Shown: positions 23,076 to 36,030 of the stretch, piece after piece
How the letters are laid out: each line of letters starts with the position of its first letter
Position numbering within the stretch: the first letter of the stretch is position 1
Assembly: GCF_036321535.1 (NCBI RefSeq)
Contig: NC_087438.1
Coordinates: forward strand, 8,310,001-8,374,000
Length of the DNA stretch: 64,000 bases
From: Camelus dromedarius
Lineage: Eukaryota
Reading direction: 5' to 3'
Program-made: the position numbers and the translations under genes
Notes under the pieces: generated by a model
The model's input: the letters and a program-made list of their open reading frames with translations, nothing else
What the model was told of the DNA's origin: nothing
The model's database searches: none

Positions 23076-25980
23076 AGATATCCCTGCCGTCATTTACCAG
23101 GCTTTACATGTGTCTCCTGGAGTCATGCCTAAAAACCATGACAGCATCATTTCTTATGGGGTTTTTGCACAGCAATGAAGAATCAGATTACCCATTCCTC
23201 TACGCCCCACCAAGGAAAAAAATTCTGAGGAGGAGAAATTCCAGCCCCATATGAACCAGCCAGGTTCCTAAGGGAGTCAGCACCCCAGGGCTGTCCCCCA
23301 ACCAGTCTACTTACTAAGGAATCCTTCACCAACTATGGTTTTGTCTACCCCTTTAAAGGCCATTAAGGTCGATGTCATATTCAGAAATTCAAAAATCCTT
23401 TATTCACTTATACTGGAATGATTTAGTTGCACCTCCTTAAACAGAAGGAAACACATTTCACTCTCCCCTTTATTAGCCTCCTAGCGGGAGGTTTACAAGT
23501 TGAGGCGAGAGAGGAAGTGTCTATTACTTACAGCCTTTTAACATATGGTTTAAAGACGAAGAGCTGAAAAAAACATATCTTCACCAAAAAAAATGTATGG
23601 AAAGTGCAGGACTTAAGCAAAACATATTATCAATTAAGGCAAGTGTAAAACATTAATATTCATCAAAGTTCATGTTCATTAAGGATTGGCTTAGAAACAT
23701 CAAACGGAAGTACTGTGCCTATAATAAGAGTGGAAATGAATGGGGCAATCTGCCTTGTTAGGTCATGATACCACAGCGACGTTTCCTGGAAAACCGAAAG
23801 AAAGAAACCGTGGTAAAGGAGAAAAGGTACCGATCATAGCACGGGTTATCTCAAACAGGTGTTTTATTTCTAATAGAACTTTTTAGAAGCTTGTGGCTTC
23901 CAGAACTTTTTTGTAGGTATTGACACATAGGTACTTCTTTAATGAAATTTTTGGAATTTTTTTCATTCTCCCCAATTGTGTATGAAATCTTGAACTTGTC
24001 AACAGTAGTTTTTACCCAAAGATAGTATTTTCCCCCAAATGTGACATCCACGGCTGGCAAAGGATTTTTTGCACTTCGTTTTATTTTGGCTGGTTCTGAA
24101 AATCAAAAAAGTCTGGAAGCTCTACTTCTTTATGAGGCTAACATGGATCAAATAGGAGAATTACCCCCTGAGAGTGCAGTTCTGTGACGAATCAGGGAAA
24201 GGGGACTAATGAACACAATTTAGACTTTCTACTGGGGTTCACAGGCCATAAAGCTTACTGTTCTGATGAGAAATAGCACGCAGACATGACTACCCAGTCT
24301 CTTGGAGTCTTAATGTACGTATACATGGGACTCCCAAAGGTACAGGTTTCTTCCGATACACTGATGGCATTCTTTTGCAATCGAATGGGTACTTGAGTTA
24401 CATGCTGAGGAATTCTGAAGTTAAGTAGCTCAAAAAATGCATCAATATACCTACTTTCAGGAAATCCCAAATATGGGGACCATAAATGTTCATTATCTAA
24501 TACTGACACACAGATATGAATATGAATCTGAGGGTAAGTGACTCATGATTAAAACATGTGACTCAAACTCCCACTTCTCCACTGGGTCATCTATGTTTTC
24601 CTCATCAGACACTGTTGGATGTTCACGGCAATCACTGAGGTATTTATCTATTTAGAGGATTACACAGTGACAGTCAAATATCAATACGAGGGCACACTGA
24701 TTTTTGTATCAGTGTGTGAAAACCATTTGCTGACACCTAAATTCGAAGCAATATTTAGGACACTCTAAAAAAGCTATAAAAAAAAAAACCCTATCTATAT
24801 ATAATATGTACCCAGTATTTTCTACAGGTATAGTAAGTACATTGTGTTTTACATTTCTAAGTTGAGAAAATATGTCAACAATTAAACCAATAGATGTGCA
24901 TATCTTCTAAAATGAAGACTAGCACAGGAAAGTATATTGCAGAATTATTAGACAGCACATTTCCAGACAATAATGTCGGTAATGAATGGTCTGATCTGGA
25001 AAGAAATGTCAACAATTAACTCAGCAGTAGCAGCACTGAAGTCGAAGGTAATGAGCATTTTGGTAACTAAAATGCAGCAGGAACAACATTGTGCAGGCAC
25101 CCATGTCTCCTGGTGAGATTGAAGGCTCACAGATAAATGAGTGAATTAAATGAATAGAATGTAAGGAATTCTAAATCCAACAAATACTGTAATTAAGCTA
25201 GTGTAAAGCAGTAAGGGCATTTCTTAATGAAGGATATGCTCTTTTAGTGATGCCATACATGGATGCAGATGTATTTTAGAATATCTTACCTCTGACATGA
25301 AAGAATGAGGAATATGTGAATATTTGTAGTGACATACGTACAAACAAGAACACGCAGACGTACATTTCACATATATGTGATGGGGGCCACACGTTTTGAG
25401 AACCATAGAAAAGCTAGGATTGCGCACATTTTTTTCGTTCCATGGTATAATTTTCACCTTTATTCTGATTGGGACCTAATTGAAAAGATCAGATCCTTCT
25501 CCTCCCCTTTCTGCACAGACCTTTTTTCCCAATACTGTGGAAAATGGTACATTGTTATACATGAATTTTATTTTCTTCTGCAGAAAACTGCCCTGAAAGG
25601 ACGAGGCAACGTAATAAGCCATAAATAATTGGTACAGATTTAATTCAGGTCACTTCAAACAAAATTTAGATCTTAGATTCCAATGTAGCCTGTTTGAAAA
25701 TCCTTAGTCACTGTGAATTTATTGAAATTATTTTATTAGATTTGCCGATAATTGTTCACTGCTCACAACTCATTAAGATTTTAATAACTCATTCTTTTCT
25801 AAATGAGAATTATATTATGATAAGTACGTAAATATACCTTATTGTTTACAAAGTGGATTTACATAAATTATAACTTTTGATCTTCTTAATAATACTTTGA
25901 ATTATATATTAATATTTAAAACCAGAAAGGTATAATGAATTTAATTATGAATTAGAGAGCTAATTTATATCAAAATTCTT

Positions 25981-26112
25981 GGGGAGGGGTATAGTTCAAG
26001 CGGTAGAGGGCACGCTTAGCATGCACAAGGTCCTAGGTTCAATCCCCAGCACCTCCTCTAAAAATAAAACGAGTAAATGAACTTAATTACCTCCCCCTAA
26101 AAAAAAAGACAA
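25981..26112 (+). mobile_element. tRNA-Ala-derived SINE (camelid Vic-1 type)
   Basis: 'ggggaggggtatagttcaagcggtagag...cttagcatgcacaaggtcctaggttcaatccccagcacctcc' with an A-rich tail. TSD aaaattctt at 25972-25980 and 26113-26121. Confidence 0.92.
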
Positions 26113-27313
26113 AAAATTCTTATTTGGGAAGTTAAATTACCAAGCTAATTATAAAAAAAAAATACTCAGGCACATATTAAAATACACTTAGGTACCACAT
26201 ATTAAAGAAGGTACTTAGGTAGTGCTAAGTTTCAAACTATTAACCAGAATCCTTTCAAGCCCCATCTCTCCTGACCCCTCACTCACTAAAAGTTTCTGTC
26301 AACTAACAAAAAGACGACTCCCTCCCTACTGCCTTTCGTTCCCAAGGCTCAGGCAGACAGGAACAGTTCTCCAAGGGTGTGGTAACTAACTCCCTCAATA
26401 ATTAAGGAGTATAAAGCAGAATGAGAGTCAATTTCTCTTTTTATGTAAATTAATGACAGAATTTTTTTTAAAATCTACTTTATCATCGTAAAATACACTA
26501 TCAGAATAATTTAATTTTTAACATGGTAAATGGCTCAGACCAATATCTTAGCTTCACTTCAATATTAATTTTATCTCAATTAGGAAATTTTAGGTAGAGA
26601 TATAGCAGAGTATTCTTTTTTCATTGTTGGCACCAAGAATAACTCCATGATTTTTTTGTCATCTGGGAAGATTTCAGAAGCAACACAAATGAATATTTCT
26701 TTTCAGGCAAGTTCCCCATGGACATGTGTCAGTATGCATAACAAATACGATGACATTAGATAGCACTATTCAAACACTTTCTTGGCAGTTGCAGCAAGAA
26801 ACAAGGGCACTGCCCTTTGGCCATGGAGACCAGAGCATCTCATCCAGTGTCTGCCCAGATGGAAGACTGACACAGTGAGCCAGTGGGGGCACTAATGGAA
26901 TAACCTTACAAAAGTCAGGTTTGGAAAAGACAGAAAGCAAGAGACAGTTTCATGTCCTCTTTAAATATTAACACACAAAAAAATCAACGATCTTAAATAC
27001 TGCTTTTCATTTTCTAAGCCAATAATATTAATATATAATGGTACAGTGAAGCAATCCCTGTTCTGGAATTCTCCCATGCCAGTGGCAGCCTAAAATCAAT
27101 GAGGGGAGAAATCCACTACAAAACTGTGAGATGATTTATTAAAATATTTTGACAAGTATAAACTAATTGTTTATTCATTTAAAAGTATAGATGCTTCTTG
27201 GGTTATGCTCTATCCCATGACAGAGTAAAGAGGCATTCAGAAGAGAGTTCTTCACAACGGGCATCTTAACAATGGAACAAACTGTTGATTCTTTATCCCT
27301 TTCCCTCCAAAAT

Positions 27314-27353
27314 GCAGCATGTACCCATCAGCAGCAGCATGTACCCATCAGCA
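27314..27353 (+). repeat. Perfect 20-bp tandem duplication
   Basis: gcagcatgtacccatcagca occurs twice in tandem. Confidence 0.95.
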
Positions 27354-27963
27354 GCATATAAGCAGAAATGCCCTAGATTCATAAATCTATTAAGCCAACT
27401 TTCAACTGCATTTAGTATATTTAAAAAGTAGCCACCTACTCTTGCAATATGAAAGTAGTCAAGTTTTAAGACAGATTTTAAGAATATGCATTTAATATGA
27501 ACCATACCGTGAAACAAACATAGTTAGTTTATCCACGTTATAATTTTAAATGTCATAGTGGCAGCAGCCATTGGTTTTCAACTTTGTTATCCCTTGTTGA
27601 TGTTATTATTAGGAATTCATGCGCTGCACTAGGACTTCTGAAAAACCTCACCTGACCTTAAGCAACCAAGATTACTTGCCAAGTAACTGCTTTGAAACGG
27701 GACTGAAATTGAAATAGACTGGAGGTCCCCAAGGAATCCATCGTTAATGGCTAATTACAGAGGTCCTATATTCTGCTTTATAATTATATGATCTTCATGT
27801 AAAATGTAAAACTCAGGAAGCTTATTTTCCTTACAAATAAAAGCCACCATAGATAGAGGCTGAGTTTATGACAGATGACAAATATTGCAGAAAATTCTAT
27901 TACATAGCTCAAGAAAGTTGAGAAGTCTTTTAGTTTGAGAAGCCTCTTGTTTTGATTTTCACT

Positions 27964-28097
27964 CATTCAATCATTCATTCATTCATTCAATCATTCCCTT
28001 AACACACAGTTATTAAACACCTATTTTGTTCCAGGCAATGTTCCAAAGAGCAGTGAAATACACAGGTGTGGCCTCACCCTCACACAGCTTACAGTCC
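27964..28097 (-). mobile_element. LINE-2 3' end
   Basis: (cattca/ttca)n followed by 'ttattaaacacctattttgttccaggca'. Confidence 0.8.
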
Positions 28098-28639
28098 ACC
28101 TTCATTTTGGAAATACTCAATATCTGGCAATCTGCACCTGCTTCTTCTAGAAACTCAATTTTCTCTCTTTTAAGCATACCAGTTCACTTATTCCTACAGT
28201 GCCTTGCACACAGTAACCATTTCATCATGGCCTGACAGATTGAGCAGTACTTTTCTTTGTAATTGATAAATGGATAACACTAAGGCCTATTCCAAACCTT
28301 CAAAGTTGTAAGTTGCTTTACTATCACACCTAGAGGGTGGAAATAAGAACAGAAACTTACTAGTGCGTGTTTGGTGAGCATCCGTATTCATAGGTTGGTT
28401 CTGCTTTTATCACTGAAATCAGAATTGCTGGAACGTGGTCTAGGTGCGGTCAGAGTTTAGAATAAAGGATATATTTCATGTAAGTAGCACTTGGCTGAGG
28501 CAACTTGTGCCCCAGTGTCTCCACAGCCGTCTGGCCCTGGGAGACCTAGAAAATCTCTACTCATTACCGTGAACTGGACAGTAACCATGATCTAGAAATG
28601 GTGCAAAGTTCTTTACTTATATCAATAACAGCTTCTACC

Positions 28640-28775
28640 GCTGCAAATAAAGTGCTCTTTTCCCCTTTTAAAGATGAGAGAGATTCAAGAATGAAGGTGA
28701 TTGGTGTCAGCCCCCAAGCTGGCATGTGGCGGAGCATGAGTCTCAGAGCAAGCCTTGAGTTTCAATTTGTAGCCC
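28640..28775 (-). mobile_element. MIR fragment
   Basis: 'ccccttttaaagatgagagagattcaaga'. Confidence 0.5.
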
Positions 28776-29479
28776 CAAGTTTCGCAAGTTCCCCCTCCTC
28801 CCCGTACGCAGTCTTGTTCTCCAGTTCCCTGTTGTCTGGGCTTCCTCAGTCTCAGTTCTTCCTCTCTCCCCTAGAAAGCCCAGGACTCACCTTCTCCAGA
28901 TATGTCCAGGGCTGTCATATGACCCAGACCCCAACTCAACACTCCCAGGAAGTCCCTCACTAACAGTTTCTTTGGTCTTATCATAGTGATTGGGAAATTA
29001 AATGACACATTCATAATCCCAAGTATATCAGTGGAGGAATGAGAAGGAGATTTTCATGAGTTTTTTGGTCAGTTTTTGGTTTTAGAGTTTGGAGACCTAC
29101 TTGTACACATTTGTTACCCCAGGGAGTAGGAAATGGATAACAGGAAATCTGAATGACACAGCCAGGCTTGGGTTCCAAGCAGTAAAGGAATGACCGGTCT
29201 TAGCTGTCGACCCCAACTCCCTGAGCAGACCATCTCCCCTTTCTCACCTTCCTTCTTTCTGGCTCTGGAAAAATGTTATTTTGTATGGCTTACTTGCCAG
29301 TTATTTTGAGGCATCCTCCATAGAACTTCACGTTTGAGTAAGAAAAATGCCAAGAGAGAAGACATTAAACATTAACATGAAGATATATATTCACTTTTGG
29401 AAAAAAATGAATAATTAATTCATTTACCTGCACATCAGGGAAGTTGGGATAAATTACATTGTTGGTATGATTCAGAAAG

Positions 29480-29640
29480 GAACCCAGAGCAGGAGCACCT
29501 GCTCAGAATTCTAGTCACAGTGCCAGGTTTCCTTGGAGAAGTCACTTGGCTTCTCTTCAATGAAGCCCCTTTATTTATACTATCAGAATAAGACCTGTAC
29601 AGCCTGGTTCAATAAAGGTTACAGAAATGAAGTGAGATTG
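29480..29640 (+). mobile_element. MIR fragment
   Basis: 'cagaattctagtc...ccttggagaagtcacttggcttctct...aaatgaagtgagat'. Confidence 0.55.
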
Positions 29641-29859
29641 AAGCTGCAAGTTTTGGGGGGTCAGGGTTTTGTCTCATACAGACAAACACAGCATCTAGGG
29701 GAACTCCTCAGCCAGAAAGAGTCGCTTTGACCATTCCGAGGAGGGCGCCCAGCACAGGGACACCCTCACAGCAGATGGGCACGTGCTATGGAATAATGAA
29801 TATATAAGAAAGTGACTTAAGTCCTACAGGGACACAAACGTGTGGAATGAGCCCGATAT

Positions 29860-31230
29860 CAACGTACTGTAGGGGCTGAAGGTCCGATGCTGAGGAAACA
29901 GACAAGGGCCTCACGTTCTAACGGGAGAATCACAGAAAATTAACACCTACAAGAGATGACGAAGATGGCTTCTTCCAGTGATAATTACGTGAAGAAAATC
30001 TGGTAAAGGGATCAGGCCTTCAGAGGAGGAGCCGAGGCCTTGTAGGCCATTTTAAGGCTTGGATTTTATTCTAAAGGAGCCATTGGAGGGACTTCAGTGA
30101 CATGAGGTGACTGGCAGTTTTTGAAAAAAGATCGACTTACTATATGTTAATGTGAAACAAGGAATTAAGTTGCTGTGAAACAACATGGAACAGTTCAAGT
30201 TATGAAGAAACAGTCCCGCTCGGATCTGATAAACCATGATTCATAGAAATCATGTAGGGTGACCAGTGAGGAGGTTATGGTGATAACCCAGAAACAGGGA
30301 TGGGGGTTGAGAATATGGTTACAATGATGAAGGCAGAAAAGCAAAAGTGCCCTAAAATGGAGCCAATAGGACATGGCAGCTGTGACAGGAAAAATTCTAA
30401 AGGTGTCTCCCTCCCTGCAAGATTCCTGTCCTCTGGTTATGCAATCAGTCACTGAAGTCTACTGTGGAGGGACTTTGAAGATAAAGTTACACAAGAGTTG
30501 ACCTAAAAATATGGAGCTCACCCTGGATTCAGGTGGGCCCAAATCAATCACCTGAGCCATTAAAAGGCCAGAATTTTCTCCAGTGAGAACCAGAGAAATA
30601 AAGCAGAAGAGGCAAGAGATGAGGCAGAAAAGAAGGTCAGGGAGATTCAAAGCCATGTTGCTGGCTTTGAAGAGGAAGGAAAGGAGTCCTGAGCCAAGGA
30701 ATACAGGTGCACTCGAGAGGCTGAGAATGACACGTGGCCACCAGCCCACAAAGAAATGGAAACCTCAATGCCAGGACTGCATGGACGTGAATTTGGCCAA
30801 CAACTTGAATCAACTTGGAAGCAGATTCATCCCCAGTACCTGCTGACACCTTGATTTTGGCCCAACAAGACCCACGTTGGACTTCTGAGCCTGTGAGATA
30901 AATAAGGTGATGTCCTTTCAAGCCACTCAGTTGTGGTAGTTTGTCGTAGCATCAACAGGGAACCACTACAGCAAAGGAATAGATACTACAATGGAATAAG
31001 GCAAAGAGACATGTCAGGATGACTCAGCTCCTTGGACAGAGTTTAGGGGGATGGAGGGGGCATGGATGGAGGTGGAAAGGAATGATGGAAGAACATTTGA
31101 GAATGGGGACAGAAAACAAAAATTTTGTTTTGAATATGTTAAGCTTGAGATGTTTATCATTCAGCCCATTAGCAGTGACAAGAAGACAGGCAGAAATACA
31201 TATTTGGAGCTCGGAGAAGTGGCCAGGGCC
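29860..31230 (-). mobile_element. LINE-2 split by an MLT1 LTR
   Basis: 'ggccttgtaggccattttaaggcttggattttattctaaagg...gagccattggaggg' lies left of the LTR and 'ttttgaatatgttaagcttgagatg...tggagctcggagaag' lies right of it. Confidence 0.7.
30381..30970 (+). mobile_element. MaLR solo LTR (MLT1D/E-like)
   Basis: TG start, 'ccctggatt..ggtgggcccaaatcaatcac', 'ctgacaccttgattttggcc', 'aagccactcagttgtggtagtttgt...aaccactaca'. Confidence 0.85.
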
Positions 31231-31398
31231 AGAGATGTACGCTGGCTTCATAAATGTGTCATACACATATAAATGGGGCTACATGTGTGTTCCTAGGGAG
31301 TTACACAGATAAAGTTAGAAAATCCCCACGATTTGTTTATTACCAAAGTCTAAGGAAAATCAGGAATGTTAGGAAGGAAAGGAGACGACACACTCTTT

Positions 31399-31829
31399 TG
31401 TGTTGAATTGTAAAGACATACTGACCTCCTGATCCCCAGAACAAGTGACATTGACTGTAACTGGATTTGGTGTCTTTAAAAATGTAATCAAGTTAAAATG
31501 AAGTCATTAGGGTGGTCCCTAATCCAGAATGACTGGCGTCCTTATGAAAAAGGGAAATTTGGACAGAGACGTGAACAGAAAGGAAACATCATCAAAGATA
31601 GAGGCAGACATAAGCGTGATGCTTCCTCAAGCCAAGGAAAACCAAACAGGGCCAGCAAACTGCCAGGAACCCGGGCGAGCATGGGCAGATCCCCCCACCC
31701 CCACAGCCTCAGGAACCCACACCTTGATCTTGGGTCTTTAGTCTACAGAACAAAGAGACAATAAATGTCTGCTCTTTAAGCCACTGCGTTGGTGACACTT
31801 CGTTATAGGAACCCTAACTAACTAATTCA
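31399..31829 (+). mobile_element. MaLR solo LTR (MLT1A/B/C-like)
   Basis: 'gtaatcaagttaaaatgaagtcattagggtggtccctaatccagaatgactggcgtccttatgaaaa...aataaatgtctgctctttaagccac'. Confidence 0.85.
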
Positions 31830-32699
31830 CAGAGAGAATATTATGAATTTGACCCCTGAGGTAGCTGTACAGATATATTTTGTGCAGTACGGTCTCCATA
31901 TTTGGCAAATATAAAATTATTACCCATTTTAAAATAAATAAAATCACTGAAAATATGGCAAGGAAAAATGATCTATTAAAACAATTGCAACAGCAATCAT
32001 ACGATTTTAAGTATTCCATTTTTTAAGAAACAGCAAACACATATTAATTATCAAGCATAAATTCACTTAGAAGTTAAAGTTTCTTTCATTAGATGATATT
32101 AAAATCAACTGCAATTCAATTGATATAAATTACTATTATTTAACTATTAATCCCATGAAAAATTACGGAAAGGTGGTGCTCGACAGCCTTCATTATGAAC
32201 CCACTTCTCCACGATAATCCTCGTGTTTATTCAAATCCTGTTTTATTTCACTTAGACCTGTTAAAAGTGTCAAACTGTCAACATCCCAAGTGGAAGAAAC
32301 TCAAAACTTGGGCTGAATGTCTATGAACACAGCAGTCATCAAATCTCCTCCAATTTTAAAAGGAACATACCTTCTGCTATAAGCAGAAATTTATACATAA
32401 TTAGGTCCTCTGCAAGCAATGCGCTTAAGGTTGACACTATCCATTATAAAAAATTCTCAAGTTCATTAACAAGCATAAGAAAAGAACTCGGGTACTTTAT
32501 AAAATATAACACTGTGAATTCTATCAACAATTTGCAAGAACTAGTAATAGAGCTGCCAACTTCATATATTATGCTAAATACAATGTGAACTTACTCAGAG
32601 CAATGGAAGCTGGTAAATTCTGGAACACTATGGGTCATAGAAACCCAGAAAACAAATGACTGGAAGGAGAAAATTCATACAGTTTTACCTGGTCCAGGC

Positions 32700-33680
32700 C
32701 CAAGGCATTAGGCATCACCTATATGCTGATGCTTCTCAATCTCCATCTCTGCCCTCACTGAGCTCTAGGCAAATCTGCGTACCTCCCATTTCCACTGTGT
32801 ATTTGTTGATCTGGCTTCTCTTAAGTTCACACATCCAGAGTAGAATATTTTTTTATTTCTCCCATTATCCCCGTCCCATTACTACCATTACTCCCAACCT
32901 TTCCTCATCTTTGTAAATGGGACCATCATCAACCTTGTCCTTGGGGACAAAAACATCGAAGAGATTCTGGACCAGACTCTTTTCCTGATACCTCACAAAA
33001 AATACAGGGGCACATTTCTGTTTTTTCTGCTCGCTTGTAAACTATATCTGAATTCCTCCATTTCATATCATCCCTACTGATGCCAGCTAGTCCACCATCT
33101 CTAGCCTGCGTTTCTGCAACTGCATCTTACTTGATTTCCCTTTTCCCCTTCTTGTCCGAACCCCCTCTGCCTCTAGAATCTTATTTCTTTTTACAGAGCA
33201 GCCAGAGGATTGTTCTAATTTTTAATCGCATCATTTCACTCCTTTGCTTAAAACGTTACAATGACCATTTCCTCGATCAGCAGCAGCGGCAGCATCCTCA
33301 TCCTCACCCTCATCACCAACATCAGCGGCAGCATCCTCTCATTCACAGAGCACCTGGATTTGACCACTGCCTACCTCTCCGACTTCACCTGCTTCCACAC
33401 TTCCCTCTTTTCACCAAGCTGCAAGCATACGGCATTTTTCTTCCTTAGACCCCTAGAGCAATTTCTTTAGCCTGGACCTTTCTTCCCTAGACCCTCACCT
33501 GGCTGCTCCTGCTCTTCCTGAGCCTTAGCACTTACCAGAGAAGTGTCCCCACACCTAATTCTGCCCAGTTTCCCCCACTCACCCACAGCTTCATTGTCCT
33601 GTGTGTGTGCCATTGTCCTCATACCACTGACCACAACCTGAAAATGCATGCATTACTTATTTATTTTTTACCTTTGGTTG
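32700..33680 (+). mobile_element. LINE-2 fragment with an internal CAG/CAT low-complexity tract (33277-33340)
   Basis: 'ctatatgctgatg', 'aaatgggaccatcatc', 'agagcagccagaggat', 'catcatttcactcctttgcttaaaac'. Confidence 0.75.
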
Positions 33681-35849
33681 TTGTTTTACTTATAAACTTA
33701 CTGTTTGTACATGGCTTAGCTTCTCTGTTTACTTTTCACAAAACATGAGGTTCTTTTCTTTTCGATGACTTATGAATAGTTGACCTAAGGTTATAGTTAC
33801 AATTTTTCCTACTGAACACAGAAAATGTGTGCTCTTTAAGTGTATACATTTTCCTTCCAAATCAGTGGATCTCAGGTGACCCTCTGTCACTGTGGTAGTC
33901 AGTCTTAACTGAGGGAGAATTGTTAATCACTGACACCCTAATGGGAGAATGACATGTCTTAAACCACTGGGTGAACAATGGTCTATTTTATAATACTGAT
34001 GATGGACACAATTTTGAAACTTATTTTTTGGTCCAGTAGAGATGGGTAATGGCCAACAGTGACCAGTAAGATAACAGGAAGGAATGTCCTTGTCTGAAGG
34101 TCTGACTGTGTTCTAGTCCTGGGAGGATGTGTCTAGACAAAGCCTGGTCTAGATCTAGGAGCCCTTAGGTTTGAAGCCACGTGCCAAGGGAAGGCTTGGC
34201 CCTGAAAGCCCCCCTCGCCCCACCTCTGCCTGCAGGCCTGGGATCTTGATCTCACAATCTCACAACTCGGCGATGATAAAGTTCTTCCCCTTGGCCAGAC
34301 TCCATTAACCTTTCGTCATTATAGTTTCTTCCTAACAAAATCACATTGAGAATCTTTTAACCTACACAATGACCTCCTTTAAACATGAGGAGAAATTTAG
34401 AACTGATTTATTTGACAGCAATTTGGTTTGAGTCCTAGTATTTGTTACGTTGATTTATGATAACAATATAAGTCGCCAATGACAAAGAGTTTTATGACTG
34501 GTTCCAGACACAATGTAGGACTTTAGTTCCCCATACACCAAGTTCCCTCTAAATGCACAGACTAAAGTCCTGGGCCATTCCACGGGAGTGCAGCTGAGTA
34601 ATGACCTTCATCAGTGGAAAAACATTGATGAAGCAAAACCAAAAACCCAATGCCTTGTGTAGGGTGGGAAGGACAAATACTTGGTTTCTACCATCAAGGA
34701 AATGACATTCAAAAACTTTGTACAGTGTTTTGTACATTGTAGTTCAAAACACTCAAGGTTTTAAACTACTTAGTTGAAAAGATGTTGAAGAGTGTATTTA
34801 TGAGACTAGTTGAATATTCCAAAACACTTTAAAAGATAAGCCTGCGGTAATCTGATGTGATGTGCACTACAACCCTGTAAACCATAAGAAAGAGTGGTAG
34901 TATTTCTGAGAGGTGAGAAGTGAAGTGCGTTTTCCAGGTTTATAAACGACATGACATTTTCATGCCAGAGGGCTGTCTTGAGCTTTACTCTCAGCCCCGG
35001 GCGCCCCACCTTCCAATAAATCACTTTCCTTCCTCTACTTATGAAAGCAAATCCTTTGGTTTCTAGCCGATGGTCTGTAACTTCTTAAGCAATAGACTAT
35101 TATTACCATGTATGTTGTCTGAATCAATCGTAGCAAAAATATATTGATCCTAAATTATCATCCAGAGTTCTGCTTATGTCAAAGAAATGTGATGAATTCA
35201 TATTTCTAATATGAATTACATATTATAGATTTGGCTTACACTGTAGCCTTATTGAACTTTAGCTGCATGTATGTTTAGGGGGAAGAAAAAACCTCTATTG
35301 CAGGCTGTCAAAGGAAGTTCTTGTCTGCTGAAAGACACTGTACCTAAGACAAATGGATTAGAGACGGACTCTAATTTGGGGCCAAGAGTTCGGATGCAAA
35401 CTTAGGGTCTAAGTCAGTAGAAAAATTCTCTCAACAGCAAAACCTATCAATTCTAAAACGTTCAAACTTTGATTTTAAGCAAAATTTAGATCCTTGTTAA
35501 CCTACATTTCATCATGAAGTCTACAGCTTTTCACTTGAGACCATGTTGATTAGGACGCAATGAGAAAGTCTTCTTGAACCCAGTACAGATGAGGTGGATG
35601 CCTCGACCAGATCTCCTCTTCCTGTGCTCTGCTCTGTGCACAGGTCTTCCGTGTCCAGGTGTCTCCACGACGACAGACAGCATTACTCGCGTGAATACTC
35701 AGGCCCGCTTCACAGGCCCTCGCAGGTTCCGTTCCTTCAACCAGAATCCTCTACCAATCACCACTCCAGTCTGGCAGACCTTAGCTCATGTCTAGTTCAG
35801 AGGTCAACTGGCATACAAAGCTCTGCTTCTCCTCCCAAGGAGAGCGACC

Positions 35850-36030
35850 ACCACCTGCTCACATGTGCCAGGCAGATGTGCTCTCCCAACTGTCACTCCA
35901 ATGTCTGACCAACACGTGTCTCTGACCATCAGTCCTCTCCAGACTCTGCGCTCTTTGAAGGCAAGACTGTACCTAACTCCTGTTGTGATCCTAATACACG
36001 TAAGTGATCAAGGCATATTTGATATTAAAA
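35850..36030 (+). mobile_element. LINE-2 3' end
   Basis: 'cagactctgcgctctttgaaggcaagactgt'. Confidence 0.5.

Noticed and set aside
23851..24509. Two neighbouring minus-strand ORFs (69 and 84 aa) as coding exons
   Set aside because: No recognisable homology and no convincing acceptor/donor pairs. ORFs of this length are expected by chance
25981..26055. tRNA-Ala gene
   Set aside because: The stems are degenerate, and the A-rich tail and TSD show it is a SINE. The same applies to 17370-17487
33080..33448. His/Gln-rich 122-aa ORF
   Set aside because: It is a CAG/CAT low-complexity tract inside an L2 fossil
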